From Candidatus Woesearchaeota archaeon (lineage in GTDB: Archaea; Nanobdellota; Nanobdellia; Woesearchaeales; ARS49), in contig JAHWHZ010000001.1 of assembly GCA_019322895.1 (NCBI GenBank), positions 411,000 through 434,999 of the forward strand: a DNA stretch of 24,000 bases, written 5' to 3'. The position numbers were made by a program, and so were the translations under genes. The notes beneath the pieces were generated by a model. That model worked only from the letters and a program-made list of their open reading frames with translations. It was not told the origin of the DNA and did not search any database. This document shows positions 11,342 through 20,417 of this stretch, one piece after another. Position 1 is the first letter of the stretch. The number at the start of each line of letters is the position of its first letter.

Positions 11342-13546
11342 ATGCTCAACAACTTCAAGCCGAGATTGTATCAGGAGACAATACTTTCTACTTGTGTTGA
11401 GAAGAATTGCCTTGTTGTCTTGCCTACTGGCATGGGAAAGACTGCGATTGCAGTGATGCTTGCAAAGCAAAGGCTGAATAATTTTCCTAAGTCAAAGATA
11501 CTTTTGCTGGCTCCTACAAAGCCTCTTGCAAAACAGCATCTTAAGACATTCCAGGACTTGCTTGATTTTGATGATAAAAAGATGGTTTTGTTTACAGGGG
11601 AAGTTCCTCCTAAAGCGCGTCAGGAGATGTGGAAAGATGCGCAGATTATTTTTTCAACACCGCAGGGCCTTGAAAATGATGTTATTTCAAGGAAAATAGA
11701 TTTAGCGGATGTCTCTTTGATTGTTTTTGATGAGGCGCATAGGGCTGTCGGCGATTATGCTTATGTCTTTATCGCAAAACAATACAATAAACTCGCAAAG
11801 TTTCCGAAAATTCTTGCCTTGACTGCATCCCCTGGAACAGATGTTGAAAAAATCACAGATGTCTGCAAGAATTTATACATTGAAGGTGTTGAGATAAGGA
11901 ATGACCAGGACCCAGATGTTGCAGAATATGTTCAGGATATTAATATCAACTGGGTTAAGGTTGATCTGCCTCCCACTTTTCTGAAGGTCCAGAAATTTTT
12001 CAAGAATTGCATCAAGTCAAAGATTCATGAAATGAAAAAATATGGGTTAGGCAGGACAATTATCTATAATTCAAAAAGAGAACTGCTTGCTTTGCAAAAA
12101 AAGCTTCATGCAAAACTATATTCTGGTGAGCGCGATTTTTCCATGATGAAATCAGTAAGCCTGCTTGCAGAGGCCATGAAAGCCCAGCATGGCTTGGAGT
12201 TGTTGGAGTCTCAAGGCATCTCTGCATTGCATGCTTACTTGAGCAAGATTTTTTTAGAGGCAAAGTCAACAAAAGTCAAGGCAACGCAGAATCTTGTTGC
12301 AGATGTCAATTTCAAGTCTGCATATGTCCTGACGCAGAAATTGTTTGATTCAGGCATTGAGCATCCAAAGCTTCAGAAAGTGAGGGAGACTGTTGCGCAG
12401 GAGTTTGAAAACAATCCTAAAGGAAAGATAATCTTATTTACACAGTATCGCGATTCTGCCAGCATGATTATTGATAAGATAAAAGATATTCCAGGTATTT
12501 TTCCTGTTGTTTTTGTAGGGCAGGCAAAGAAGAACGGTTCGGGCCTCAGCCAGAAAAAGCAGATAGAGATTCTTGACCAGTTCAGGGACGGCATGCACAA
12601 TGTTCTGATTGCAACTTCTGTTGCAGAAGAAGGTCTTGATATTCCAAAGGTTGACTTGGTTATTTTTTATGAGCCTCTGCCAAGTGCTATCCGCACAATC
12701 CAGAGAAGAGGCCGAACTGGAAGGCAAGACAAAGGAAGAGTTATTGTTTTCGTTGCGAAAAACACCCGTGATGAAGGCTATCGCTGGTCTTCTTTTCACA
12801 AGGAAAAGAGAATGCACAAGATTCTTGGTGATTTAAAGAAAAAATTGAAGTTAAAGGTTGAGGCTCAGCCAAAACTGTCAAAATTTTGCGATGATGTCAA
12901 CAAGATAAAGATTTTTGCAGATTATCGTGAGAAAGGCTCTGGCACAATAAAAGAATTGTGTGATTTAAATGTTGATTTGAAATTAGAGATGCTTGATTCT
13001 GCTGATTATATTGTTTCTTCAAGAGTCGGTGTTGAGATAAAGAATGTAAAGGATTTTGTTGACTCTATTGTTGACGGCAGGCTGTTGTCGCAGTTGAAAG
13101 TCTTGAAGCAGAAGTTTGAGCGCCCTGTTGTGATTATTGAAGGTTCTGAAGATATGTTTTCTATGCGCAATGTTCATCCTAATGCAATCCGCGGCATGCT
13201 TGCAACCATTGCTATCAGCTATGGTATTCCTGTAATCCAGACAAAGGATTTCAAGGACACTGCCCATACTTTATTGGCTATGGCTCGTCGAGAGCAGGAA
13301 AAAAACGGAGATAAAGATTTTAGTCTGCATTCAAGCAAGAAGCCTTTGACCTTGAAAGAACAGCAGGAATACATAGTGTCTGCCTTGCCTAATGTCGGCC
13401 CTTCTGCTGCTAAAGAGTTGTTGAAGCACATGAAGACCATAAAGAACATCATTAATGCAGATGAGAAAGATTTGAAGAAAGTCAATAAAGTTGGGGAAAA
13501 GATTGCTAAGGGTATTAAGGATGTTGTTGAAAAAGATTATCCATAA
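11342..13546 (+). CDS. hef: Hef: SF2 helicase fused to an XPF/Mus81-family nuclease and HhH2 domain
   Basis: Helicase motifs LPTGMGKT, VFDEAHRA, TASPG and QRRGRTGR. The nuclease region is FADYREKGS...ADYIVSSRVGVEIKNVKDF. The C-terminal HhH is LPNVGPSAAKELL...VNKVGEKIAKGI. 734 aa. Confidence 0.85.
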   Translation: MLNNFKPRLYQETILSTCVEKNCLVVLPTGMGKTAIAVMLAKQRLNNFPKSKILLLAPTKPLAKQHLKTFQDLLDFDDKKMVLFTGEVPPKARQEMWKDAQIIFSTPQGLENDVISRKIDLADVSLIVFDEAHRAVGDYAYVFIAKQYNKLAKFPKILALTASPGTDVEKITDVCKNLYIEGVEIRNDQDPDVAEYVQDININWVKVDLPPTFLKVQKFFKNCIKSKIHEMKKYGLGRTIIYNSKRELLALQKKLHAKLYSGERDFSMMKSVSLLAEAMKAQHGLELLESQGISALHAYLSKIFLEAKSTKVKATQNLVADVNFKSAYVLTQKLFDSGIEHPKLQKVRETVAQEFENNPKGKIILFTQYRDSASMIIDKIKDIPGIFPVVFVGQAKKNGSGLSQKKQIEILDQFRDGMHNVLIATSVAEEGLDIPKVDLVIFYEPLPSAIRTIQRRGRTGRQDKGRVIVFVAKNTRDEGYRWSSFHKEKRMHKILGDLKKKLKLKVEAQPKLSKFCDDVNKIKIFADYREKGSGTIKELCDLNVDLKLEMLDSADYIVSSRVGVEIKNVKDFVDSIVDGRLLSQLKVLKQKFERPVVIIEGSEDMFSMRNVHPNAIRGMLATIAISYGIPVIQTKDFKDTAHTLLAMARREQEKNGDKDFSLHSSKKPLTLKEQQEYIVSALPNVGPSAAKELLKHMKTIKNIINADEKDLKKVNKVGEKIAKGIKDVVEKDYP

Positions 13547-13578
13547 TCTTTATTAAGTTTCTAAAATTAATTTTGTAT

Positions 13579-14160
13579 ATGATTTCAGAAGAAAAAATAG
13601 ATCGTATATGGAGACTTGGCGGCGAAATGCCCAAAGATTGGGATTGGAAATATTTTAAGTCTATAAAGCCTTGTTTTCTAGAAACTTTTGTTGAACGCTT
13701 GTTTCAACAAACAGATAAAAGACCAGGTGATTCTTTTTGCGATCTTGGAAGCGGCACTGGTTTTCCCAGCGCGGTTTTTGCTGCGCTTGGTTTTAAGGCA
13801 TATCTTGTTGATAAATCAAGAAAAGCGCTTGATTATTCAAAAGCATATTTTGAAAGAGTTCAAAAAGAACTGGGCGCCTTTGAATATGCTCCTGTTTTTG
13901 CAGAGGTTGACATGACTTCAGAAGAATTTGCAACATATGTGTTTAATGATGGGCAAAAAATTAATGAGATGGATGTTCTTTTTTGCAGGGCAGGCAGTGA
14001 TGTTCTTTTTTTCAAAAAAGTAATATGCAATATCAAAGAAATTAAAAAAGGATGTATTTGGCTGGACTACGCTAGATTGTATGAAAATAGGGAGTTAGAT
14101 ACTACTTGTTTTACGGCTATAGATAAAAGCGAATATTGTTCATTGCTTGTTAACAGATGA
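13579..14160 (+). CDS. Class I SAM-dependent methyltransferase, substrate unknown
   Basis: Motif I is FCDLGSGTGFPSAVFAALG, followed by the acidic-loop LVD. The track start 13573 is TTG; ATG 13579 is preferred. Confidence 0.6.
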   Translation: MISEEKIDRIWRLGGEMPKDWDWKYFKSIKPCFLETFVERLFQQTDKRPGDSFCDLGSGTGFPSAVFAALGFKAYLVDKSRKALDYSKAYFERVQKELGAFEYAPVFAEVDMTSEEFATYVFNDGQKINEMDVLFCRAGSDVLFFKKVICNIKEIKKGCIWLDYARLYENRELDTTCFTAIDKSEYCSLLVNR

Positions 14161-14164
14161 AAAT

Positions 14165-14368
14165 TTATTCAATCAATTCCTTGTGTGCATTCACAAAAGC
14201 CTTTATGCTCCTGTCAAATGTTTTCTCAACTTCTGGCGGGAACAAGCAGCCAGGCAATTCTCTTCTTTCTCTATGTTCGCGAATGCATTCACAGCAGATT
14301 CCTTTGTTTGGGCATCCTGGGTAAGTGCATGTGCATTCTTTCAGATTTTTTTCTTTTTGGCATTCCAT
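14165..14368 (-). CDS. Small Cys-rich protein (67 aa; CTCTYPGCPNKGICCECIREH...PGC)
   Basis: Nine Cys in the first 42 residues, in a pattern I recall from small proteins annotated DUF6485; this could not be verified here. TATA CTATATTAATAG lies ~25 nt upstream on the minus strand. Preferred over the overlapping + strand ORF 14147-14395, which is low-complexity and hydrophobic. Confidence 0.55.
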   Translation of the reverse strand: MECQKEKNLKECTCTYPGCPNKGICCECIREHRERRELPGCLFPPEVEKTFDRSIKAFVNAHKELIE

Positions 14369-14410
14369 TTTAATCTATTAGCTCTTGTCTATTAATATAG
14401 CTTACGATTA

Positions 14411-14421
14411 CCACTGGACAC
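14411..14421 (+). promoter_or_regulatory. Upstream motif CCACTGGACAC, 11 nt upstream of the primase TATA box
   Basis: CCACTGGACAC, then an 11-nt spacer, then TAATATATAC (14433-14442), then GGGGGT, then ATG at 14473. It matches the hef upstream motif in sequence, strand and spacing. Confidence 0.45.
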
Positions 14422-14472
14422 CCCATCGCAACTAATATATACTAGCAGATTATTTGCAGATTTGGGGGTAAA

Positions 14473-15783
14473 ATGTCGATTCATCTAAGCACTTTGCTGA
14501 AACACTATAAGAGAAAGGATGTATGCGATGCTATCATCAAGGCTGCTGATGATAAAGAGATAGCTATTAAATTTGGTGAAAAAGGCTTTGGAAAGAGGCC
14601 AGATGTCCTAAAGTACCCAAAAGATGTTCTGGAGTTTGCAAAGAAAGGAGCGACTTCTTTTCATTGCTCAGAAGAATTATGGATTAATCCTCTGCAGTTA
14701 AGCCCTGCGTTGTCAAGAAAAGACATGGATGAATTAAGAAAAGGCTGGGACTTGGTTCTTGATATTGACTGTCCTGTCTGGGAGTATTCTGCTATTGCTG
14801 CTGATTTGTTGGTTCATGCTTTAAAATATCACGGCGTTAATACAATCGCAGTCAAGTTTTCTGGAAATCATGGCTTTCATATTGCTGTTCCGTTTGCAGC
14901 TTTTCCAAGAACAGTGCACGGCAAGCCGACAAGATTGTTGTTTCCAGAAGGTCCTAGAAAGATTGCTGCTTATCTTGGTGAGATGATTCGCTCTCATCTT
15001 GCTCGCAAATTAATAGAGCATGAAAATATAAAGGCAATTTGTAAAAAAATAGATAAAAATTTCAATGAAGTCGTGAAAAACGGAAGATTTGACCCGTTTG
15101 AAGTATTACAAATAGACACTGTATTAATAGCTACAAGGCATTTGTACAGGATGCCTTATGCATTTAATGAAAAATCCGGCTTAGTCAGCATTCCTATAAG
15201 GCCAGAAGATATCTTGAAGTTCAAGAAAGAACATGCAAAGCCAGAGAATGTGAAGGTTGACATGAATTTTCTTGACCAAAAGCCAGAGCCTAATGAAGCC
15301 AAAAAACTCATAATCCAGGCGTTTGACCATGAAGTAAAGGAAGAAAATATCGAGATAAAAAAAACAAAAGAGTTCTCAAGCCCAGAAGATGCTGTTCCAG
15401 CAGAATATTTTCCTCCCTGCATCCAGACTATACTCAAGGGCCTGCAGGATGGAAAAAAGCGTTCTTTGTTTGTATTGGCTAATTTCTTGACAAGCTGCGG
15501 CTGGGATTATGACAAGATAGATGAATTATTGTCTGATTGGAACCAGAAAAATCCAGAACAGTTAAGAGAAGTTATAATCAAGGGGCAGCTGCGTTATCAC
15601 AAGGCTAACAAGAAAAAAGTTTTGCCTCCTAACTGCAATAATAAATCCTATTATCAGGATATGCATGTATGCAATCCAGATGCTTTCTGCAAGAAGATAA
15701 AAAATCCAGTTAATTATGCAATTCTGAAACAGAAGTTAACTAACTTAACAAAAAAGAAGAAAAAAGTAAAAAAAGCTAAATAA
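14473..15783 (+). CDS. priS: DNA primase: catalytic PriS domain fused to a PriL-CTD-like four-Cys (Fe-S type) domain
   Basis: AEP motifs WDLVLDIDC (DxD), FSGNHGFHIAV and IDTVLIATRHLYRMPYAFNEKSG. The C-terminal ~125 aa are FPPCIQTILKGLQDGKKRSLFVLANFL...PPNCNNKSYYQDMHVCNPDAFC (C316, C388, C400, C406), resembling the PriL C-terminal domain. Lys-rich tail. Confidence 0.85.
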   Translation: MSIHLSTLLKHYKRKDVCDAIIKAADDKEIAIKFGEKGFGKRPDVLKYPKDVLEFAKKGATSFHCSEELWINPLQLSPALSRKDMDELRKGWDLVLDIDCPVWEYSAIAADLLVHALKYHGVNTIAVKFSGNHGFHIAVPFAAFPRTVHGKPTRLLFPEGPRKIAAYLGEMIRSHLARKLIEHENIKAICKKIDKNFNEVVKNGRFDPFEVLQIDTVLIATRHLYRMPYAFNEKSGLVSIPIRPEDILKFKKEHAKPENVKVDMNFLDQKPEPNEAKKLIIQAFDHEVKEENIEIKKTKEFSSPEDAVPAEYFPPCIQTILKGLQDGKKRSLFVLANFLTSCGWDYDKIDELLSDWNQKNPEQLREVIIKGQLRYHKANKKKVLPPNCNNKSYYQDMHVCNPDAFCKKIKNPVNYAILKQKLTNLTKKKKKVKKAK

Positions 15784-15870
15784 TTTAACATAGCAATTTA
15801 TCCTCTTATATCGACTCAAAAAAATCAAATTTTCCTGAAATTAAGCAAATTACTGTGTGATTTGCGCAAC

Positions 15871-16035
15871 CTTTATAAACAAACCTTGGTTTCTTTGTCA
15901 AATCTGACTAGCCTGAAAAGAAGCTTTTCAGTACAACGTCGGAGGTGGAGAAAATACTCCTTGCTTCTTACGAAAAGCTTCGGTAGGGTCTTGTCGGTAT
16001 AAAGGGGTTGCTAAAGTAAAGTATCCTATTCAAAA
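15871..16035 (+). promoter_or_regulatory. Promoter (CTTTATAAAC) and ~130-nt hairpin-rich leader of the ribosomal protein operon
   Basis: TATA at about 15871-15880, preceded by the BRE-like GCGCAAC. Hairpins: CTGAAAAG-aag-CTTTTCAG (15913-15931), GGAG-aaaata-CTCC (15947-15960) and 15966-15988 (about 9 bp with one bulge). No ORF on either strand. Confidence 0.4.
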
Positions 16036-17013
16036 ATGCCAACAAAAAAAAGCCCAAGAAAAGGAAGCATGCAAGTCTGGCCGAGGAAAAGGGCCAGGTC
16101 TATTATAGCACGGATTAGATCATGGGCTAAAAGCAGTGATGCCAAGCCGCTGGGTTTTGCAGGATATAAGGCAGGCATGACCCACATTCTCGTGACTGAC
16201 AACAGGCCGAATTCCATCACAAAAGGAGAGGACATACGATTGCCTGTCACAGTGATTGAGTGTCCGCCGATGAAACTGATTGGCTTTACACTCTACAAAA
16301 AAGACGCTTACGGTCTTCATGCTTCTTCTCAAATTCTCGCTGACAAACTCGACAAAGAGCTTGCAAAAAACTTTCCATTGCCAAAAAAGATAAAGAAAAA
16401 ATCTGCTGATGTTAAAATAGAAGATTACACTGACTTGATGCTGCTGGTGCAGACCCAGCCAAAGCTCACAGGCATTGGCAAGAAAAAGCCTGAAGTGTTT
16501 GAGATGGGCATCGGCGGAGATTTGAATGCTAAATTTGAATATGCTAAGAATAATCTTGGAAAAGAAATCAAGGTAGAAGATATTTTTACAGAAGGGCAGC
16601 AGCTTGATGCGCGTGCTGTGACAAAAGGAAAAGGATTCCAGGGGCCTGTCAAGAGATTTGGTGTCTCAATAAGGCAGCACAAATCAGAGAAGACAAAAAG
16701 AGGTCCTGGTTCTCTTGGCCCGTGGCACGGCAAGCTTAACTGGACAGTTGCTCATGCTGGCCAGACAGGCTATCACCAGCGTGTTGATTACAACAAATGG
16801 CTGCTGAAAATCAGCAAAACTCCTTCTGATATCAACCCAAAAAGCGGTTTTATTCGTTATGGCGTCGTTAAAAACAATTTTCTTCTTGTCAAGGGCTCAA
16901 TACAAGGCCCTGCAAAAAGGATGATCACGCTCACGCAGGCAATCCGGCCAAACAAAAAGATACCAAAAGAAGTGCCGGCCATTGTTTATACATCATTAGA
17001 GGCAATGCAGTAA
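16036..17013 (+). CDS. rpl3: 50S ribosomal protein uL3
   Basis: GFAGYKAGMTHILV and KGKGFQGPVKRFG motifs. First gene of the conserved operon. Confidence 0.95.
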   Translation: MPTKKSPRKGSMQVWPRKRARSIIARIRSWAKSSDAKPLGFAGYKAGMTHILVTDNRPNSITKGEDIRLPVTVIECPPMKLIGFTLYKKDAYGLHASSQILADKLDKELAKNFPLPKKIKKKSADVKIEDYTDLMLLVQTQPKLTGIGKKKPEVFEMGIGGDLNAKFEYAKNNLGKEIKVEDIFTEGQQLDARAVTKGKGFQGPVKRFGVSIRQHKSEKTKRGPGSLGPWHGKLNWTVAHAGQTGYHQRVDYNKWLLKISKTPSDINPKSGFIRYGVVKNNFLLVKGSIQGPAKRMITLTQAIRPNKKIPKEVPAIVYTSLEAMQ

Positions 17014-17014
17014 G

Positions 17015-17821
17015 ATGGAACTCAAGATATTATCAGCACAAAATGCAGAAGTCGGCAAAAAGAAGCTGCCGAAACAGTTTGAAGAGCCTGTCAGGAAAGA
17101 TTTAATCAAGAGAGCTGTTGAAGCTGTCCAGTCTCACAACAGGCAGGCTTATGGAGCTGACACTCGTGCTGGAATGAAATGGAGCGCCACCTTATCAAAG
17201 AAACGTAGGGAATACAGAGCATCTTACGGCCACGGAATCTCAAGGGTTCCAAGGAAGATAACTTCCAGGAGAGGAACACAGTTCAACTGGACTGCTGCAA
17301 ATGTGCCTGGAGTTGTGGGTGGAAGAAGGGCTCACCCTCCTAAATCTGAGAAAGTGTTCGCTAAAAAGATAAACGACCGCGAAAGAAAAAAAGCGATCCG
17401 TTCTGCATTATCAGCCACGATGAGCAAAGAGCTTGTGGCAGGCAGGGGGCACGTACTGCCTGAAAAATTCCCTTTTATCATTTCAAATGATTTTGAAAAG
17501 TTTGACAAGACTAAAACAATACTTGATGCCTTGAAAAAAATAGGTCTTGACAAGGACCTTGCGCGCGCAGAAAAGAAAAAAGTGCGTGCAGGCAAAGGCA
17601 AATCAAGGGCAAGAAAATACAAGAAAAGCAAGACGGCCCTGCTTGTTGTTTCAGGAAAATGCAGTTTGCTCAAGGCAGCTTCAAACATTCCTGGAATAGA
17701 TGTTGTAGAGGTAAAGAACATGAATGCAGAGCTTTTGGCTCCTGGCTCTGAGCCAGGCAGGCTTACTGTATTTACAGACTCTGCAATTGACAAGCTGGGA
17801 AAAGAAAACTTGTTTGTGTAA
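17015..17821 (+). CDS. rpl4: 50S ribosomal protein uL4
   Basis: Archaeal L4/L1e pattern (AYGADTRAGMKWSA..., GGRRAHPPK) and operon position. Confidence 0.93.
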   Translation: MELKILSAQNAEVGKKKLPKQFEEPVRKDLIKRAVEAVQSHNRQAYGADTRAGMKWSATLSKKRREYRASYGHGISRVPRKITSRRGTQFNWTAANVPGVVGGRRAHPPKSEKVFAKKINDRERKKAIRSALSATMSKELVAGRGHVLPEKFPFIISNDFEKFDKTKTILDALKKIGLDKDLARAEKKKVRAGKGKSRARKYKKSKTALLVVSGKCSLLKAASNIPGIDVVEVKNMNAELLAPGSEPGRLTVFTDSAIDKLGKENLFV

Positions 17822-17822
17822 A

Positions 17823-18080
17823 ATGGAACCATTGCAGATTATCAAATATCCATTGGCGACTGAAAAGTCAATAAGGCTGATGGAAGCTGAAAATAAGCTC
17901 ATCTTCGTAGTGGACACTAAAGCCACAAGAGCTGATATCAAGAAAGCGATTGAAGAAGTTTTTAAGGCAAAAGTCGACAAGGTAAATACCCTTGTGACAA
18001 ACGGAAAGAAAAGAGCATATGTCAAGTTTGCGAAAGAGACTCCTGCAATTGACATAGCAACAAACCTTGGATTGATGTAA
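17823..18080 (+). CDS. rpl23: 50S ribosomal protein uL23
   Basis: The track ORF begins at 17724 inside rpl4. The real start is ATG 17823, 1 nt after the rpl4 stop: MEPLQIIKYPLATEKSIRLMEAENKLIFVVDTKATRADIKKAIEEVF. Confidence 0.92.
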   Translation: MEPLQIIKYPLATEKSIRLMEAENKLIFVVDTKATRADIKKAIEEVFKAKVDKVNTLVTNGKKRAYVKFAKETPAIDIATNLGLM

Positions 18081-18081
18081 A

Positions 18082-18795
18082 ATGGGAAAGAATCTTATTC
18101 AGCAGGCACGGGGAAAAGGAAGCCCGCGGTATAAAGTTCCGAGCTTCAGGTTCAAGACAGATGGCAAGCTGAAATCCCTGAAAAAAGAGCTTGTCAATGG
18201 AAAGATTACAGACATGCTCAGTTGCCAGGGCCATTCAGCTCCTATAATAAAGGTCAAGTATGATGACGGAGAGCAGAAACTGATGATTGCTCCAGAAGGT
18301 GTCCGCGTGGGCGAGAATATTTCTGCAGGAAATGGCGCTTCTGCAGAGACAGGAAATATTTTGACGCTTAAAGAAATACCTGAAGGCACATTCATATTCA
18401 ACATAGAAAGCCAGCCAGGAGACGGCGGAAAGTTTTGCAGGGCATCTGGAAATACCGCAAGGCTGCTTACAAAGACAAGCAAATATGCTACTGTGCTGCT
18501 TCCTTCAAAAAAGCAAAGAAAATTCCACGTGAACTGCCGCGCGATGATCGGCACTATTGCAGGAGGCGGAAGAACGGAAAAGCCAATTCTTAAAGCAGGA
18601 ATTATGCATTTCAAGAAAAAAGCAAAGAACAAGCTGTATCCAAGAACAGGCGGTTCAAAGATGAATGCAATTGATCATCCATTTGGTAACAAGCGTTCAG
18701 CACGTAAAGCTAAACAAAAGCCAGTATCCAGGTTTGCGCCGCCAGGCAGGAAAGTCGGCAAGCTTGCAGCAAAGAGGACTGGTAAGAGGAAATAA
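18082..18795 (+). CDS. rpl2: 50S ribosomal protein uL2
   Basis: MNAIDHPFG...[19 protein letters not shown] and operon position. Confidence 0.95.
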   Translation: MGKNLIQQARGKGSPRYKVPSFRFKTDGKLKSLKKELVNGKITDMLSCQGHSAPIIKVKYDDGEQKLMIAPEGVRVGENISAGNGASAETGNILTLKEIPEGTFIFNIESQPGDGGKFCRASGNTARLLTKTSKYATVLLPSKKQRKFHVNCRAMIGTIAGGGRTEKPILKAGIMHFKKKAKNKLYPRTGGSKMNAIDHPFGNKRSARKAKQKPVSRFAPPGRKVGKLAAKRTGKRK

Positions 18796-18797
18796 AC

Positions 18798-19178
18798 ATG
18801 GCAAAAATATTTTTGTTTCGCGGCAAGAAAGTTGAAGATATTAAGAAGCTGTCTCTTAAAGAGTTTGCAGAACTTGTTACAGCAAGAGAGCGAAGGAGCC
18901 TCAAGAGAGGTTTTACAGATGCTCAAAAGAAGCTGCTTGAATCATTGAAGAAAGACAAGAGAGATGTCAAGACCCACTGCAGAGACATGATAATAATTCC
19001 TGAGATGATTGGAAAATCAATCAGGGTTCATAATGGCAAAGAGTTTGTCATGATACGAATTAACGAGGAGATGCTGGGCCATAGGCTTGGAGAATTTGCA
19101 GTTACTCGTAAGAAAGTCGCGCACTCCAGTCCAGGCATAGGAGCTACAAGATCAAGCGCCAGCTTATCAGTGAGGTAA
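18798..19178 (+). CDS. rps19: 30S ribosomal protein uS19
   Basis: [31 protein letters not shown]...PGIGATRSS. Confidence 0.95.
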   Translation: MAKIFLFRGKKVEDIKKLSLKEFAELVTARERRSLKRGFTDAQKKLLESLKKDKRDVKTHCRDMIIIPEMIGKSIRVHNGKEFVMIRINEEMLGHRLGEFAVTRKKVAHSSPGIGATRSSASLSVR

Positions 19179-19180
19179 AC

Positions 19181-19792
19181 ATGGCTTATAGGTATTCAAC
19201 GAGCATTGGAGAAAACTGCGCAAAGGCAGTCGGCATGGCTTTGCCTATCTCGCGCAAGCAGTCAATAATGGTCTGCAATTTCATTAGAAATAAGAATGTC
19301 CAGCTTGCCAAGAAGCACCTTGCTGAAGTCATTGACTTGAAGCGGGCAGTGCCTTTCACAAGATTCAATGATGATATGGGGCACAAGGCAGGGATGGCTG
19401 CAGGAAGGTATCCGGTCAAGGCCTGTAAGAATATACTGAAGATAGTGGAGTCAGCTGAAGCAAATGCGCAGTTCAAGGGCTTGAGCACAGCTGACCTGGC
19501 AGTGAGGCATGCCAGCGCGCAGAAAGGACCTGATACCTGGCATTATGGAAGGCACATTAGAAGGCGTGCAAAAAGAACTCATATTGAGATTGTGCTTGAA
19601 GAAAAGAAGACTGCAAAGAAAGAATCTAAGAAGGCAAAGAAGCCGGAAGCAAAAGAAGCTAAACCAGAAATTAAAGAAAAGCCCGCAGTAAAAGCAGAGG
19701 CAAAAACAGAAGTCAAGGAAAAAGCGCCTGCTGCAAAAAAAGAAGAAGCAAAAACCAAACCACCTAAAGAAGAGGTTAAGAAGAATGATTGA
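19181..19792 (+). CDS. rpl22: 50S ribosomal protein uL22 with a ~50-aa K/E/A/P-rich C-terminal extension
   Basis: uL22 core through THIEIVLEE, then KKTAKKESKKAKKPEAKEAKPEIKEKPAVKAEAKTEVKEKAPAAKKEEAKTKPPKEEVKKND. Confidence 0.93.
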   Translation: MAYRYSTSIGENCAKAVGMALPISRKQSIMVCNFIRNKNVQLAKKHLAEVIDLKRAVPFTRFNDDMGHKAGMAAGRYPVKACKNILKIVESAEANAQFKGLSTADLAVRHASAQKGPDTWHYGRHIRRRAKRTHIEIVLEEKKTAKKESKKAKKPEAKEAKPEIKEKPAVKAEAKTEVKEKAPAAKKEEAKTKPPKEEVKKND

Positions 19793-20417
19793 AAGAAAGC
19801 TGTTGAAATTAAAAATGAAGGAATATGAGATTGAGAATTATGTAGCTTCAACCTTGAAAAATGCAGGCCATTCGCACACAAAACTTGTCAGGACTCCTCT
19901 TGGAGAAAAAATCATAATTTTTGCATCAAGGCCGGGGATTGTTGTAGGCCGGAAAGGAGAGAATATCAAGAAACTCACAAATACACTAAAACGAAAATAC
20001 AAGCTTGAAAATCCTCAGATTGAGATTTCAGAAGTTGAAAATCCGAATCTTGACGCGCAGATTATCGCTGAAAGGATCGCTTCAACACTTGAGCGTTTCG
20101 GTCTCAAGAGATTCAAGGCAACAGGCCATAAGACCCTTGGCGATGTCATGAATTCAGGAGCAATCGGCATTGAGATAGTGATGTCTGGAAAGATTCCGAG
20201 CACAAGAGCAAGAAGCTGGAGATTTTATGCAGGCTATCTGAAAAAATGCGGCGATATTGCTTTGACCGGAGTAAAGACTGCGTATGCAAGTGCTCAATTG
20301 AAGTCAGGAACTGTCGGCATAAGAGTAAAGATAATGCCTCCTGATATCAAGCTGCCTGATGATATTGAAGTTACTGAAGAACCTTCACAAGAAATAAGCG
20401 AGATAAAAGAAAAATGA
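19785..20417 (+). CDS. rps3: 30S ribosomal protein uS3
   Basis: KH domain VVGRKGENIKKLT. Operon position, 8-nt overlap with rpl22. Confidence 0.95.
   Translation: MIERKLLKLKMKEYEIENYVASTLKNAGHSHTKLVRTPLGEKIIIFASRPGIVVGRKGENIKKLTNTLKRKYKLENPQIEISEVENPNLDAQIIAERIASTLERFGLKRFKATGHKTLGDVMNSGAIGIEIVMSGKIPSTRARSWRFYAGYLKKCGDIALTGVKTAYASAQLKSGTVGIRVKIMPPDIKLPDDIEVTEEPSQEISEIKEK

Noticed and set aside
14147-14395. 82-aa + strand ORF overlapping the Cys-rich gene
   Set aside because: The minus-strand 67-aa frame has a structured Cys pattern and its own TATA box. The + frame is hydrophobic filler and overlaps the end of the methyltransferase gene.
15913-15940. Hairpin followed by ACA (CTGAAAAGaagCTTTTCAGTACA) as a possible H/ACA guide RNA
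   Set aside because: It is a simple perfect hairpin with no internal pseudouridylation pocket or K-turn, so it does not fit the H/ACA architecture.
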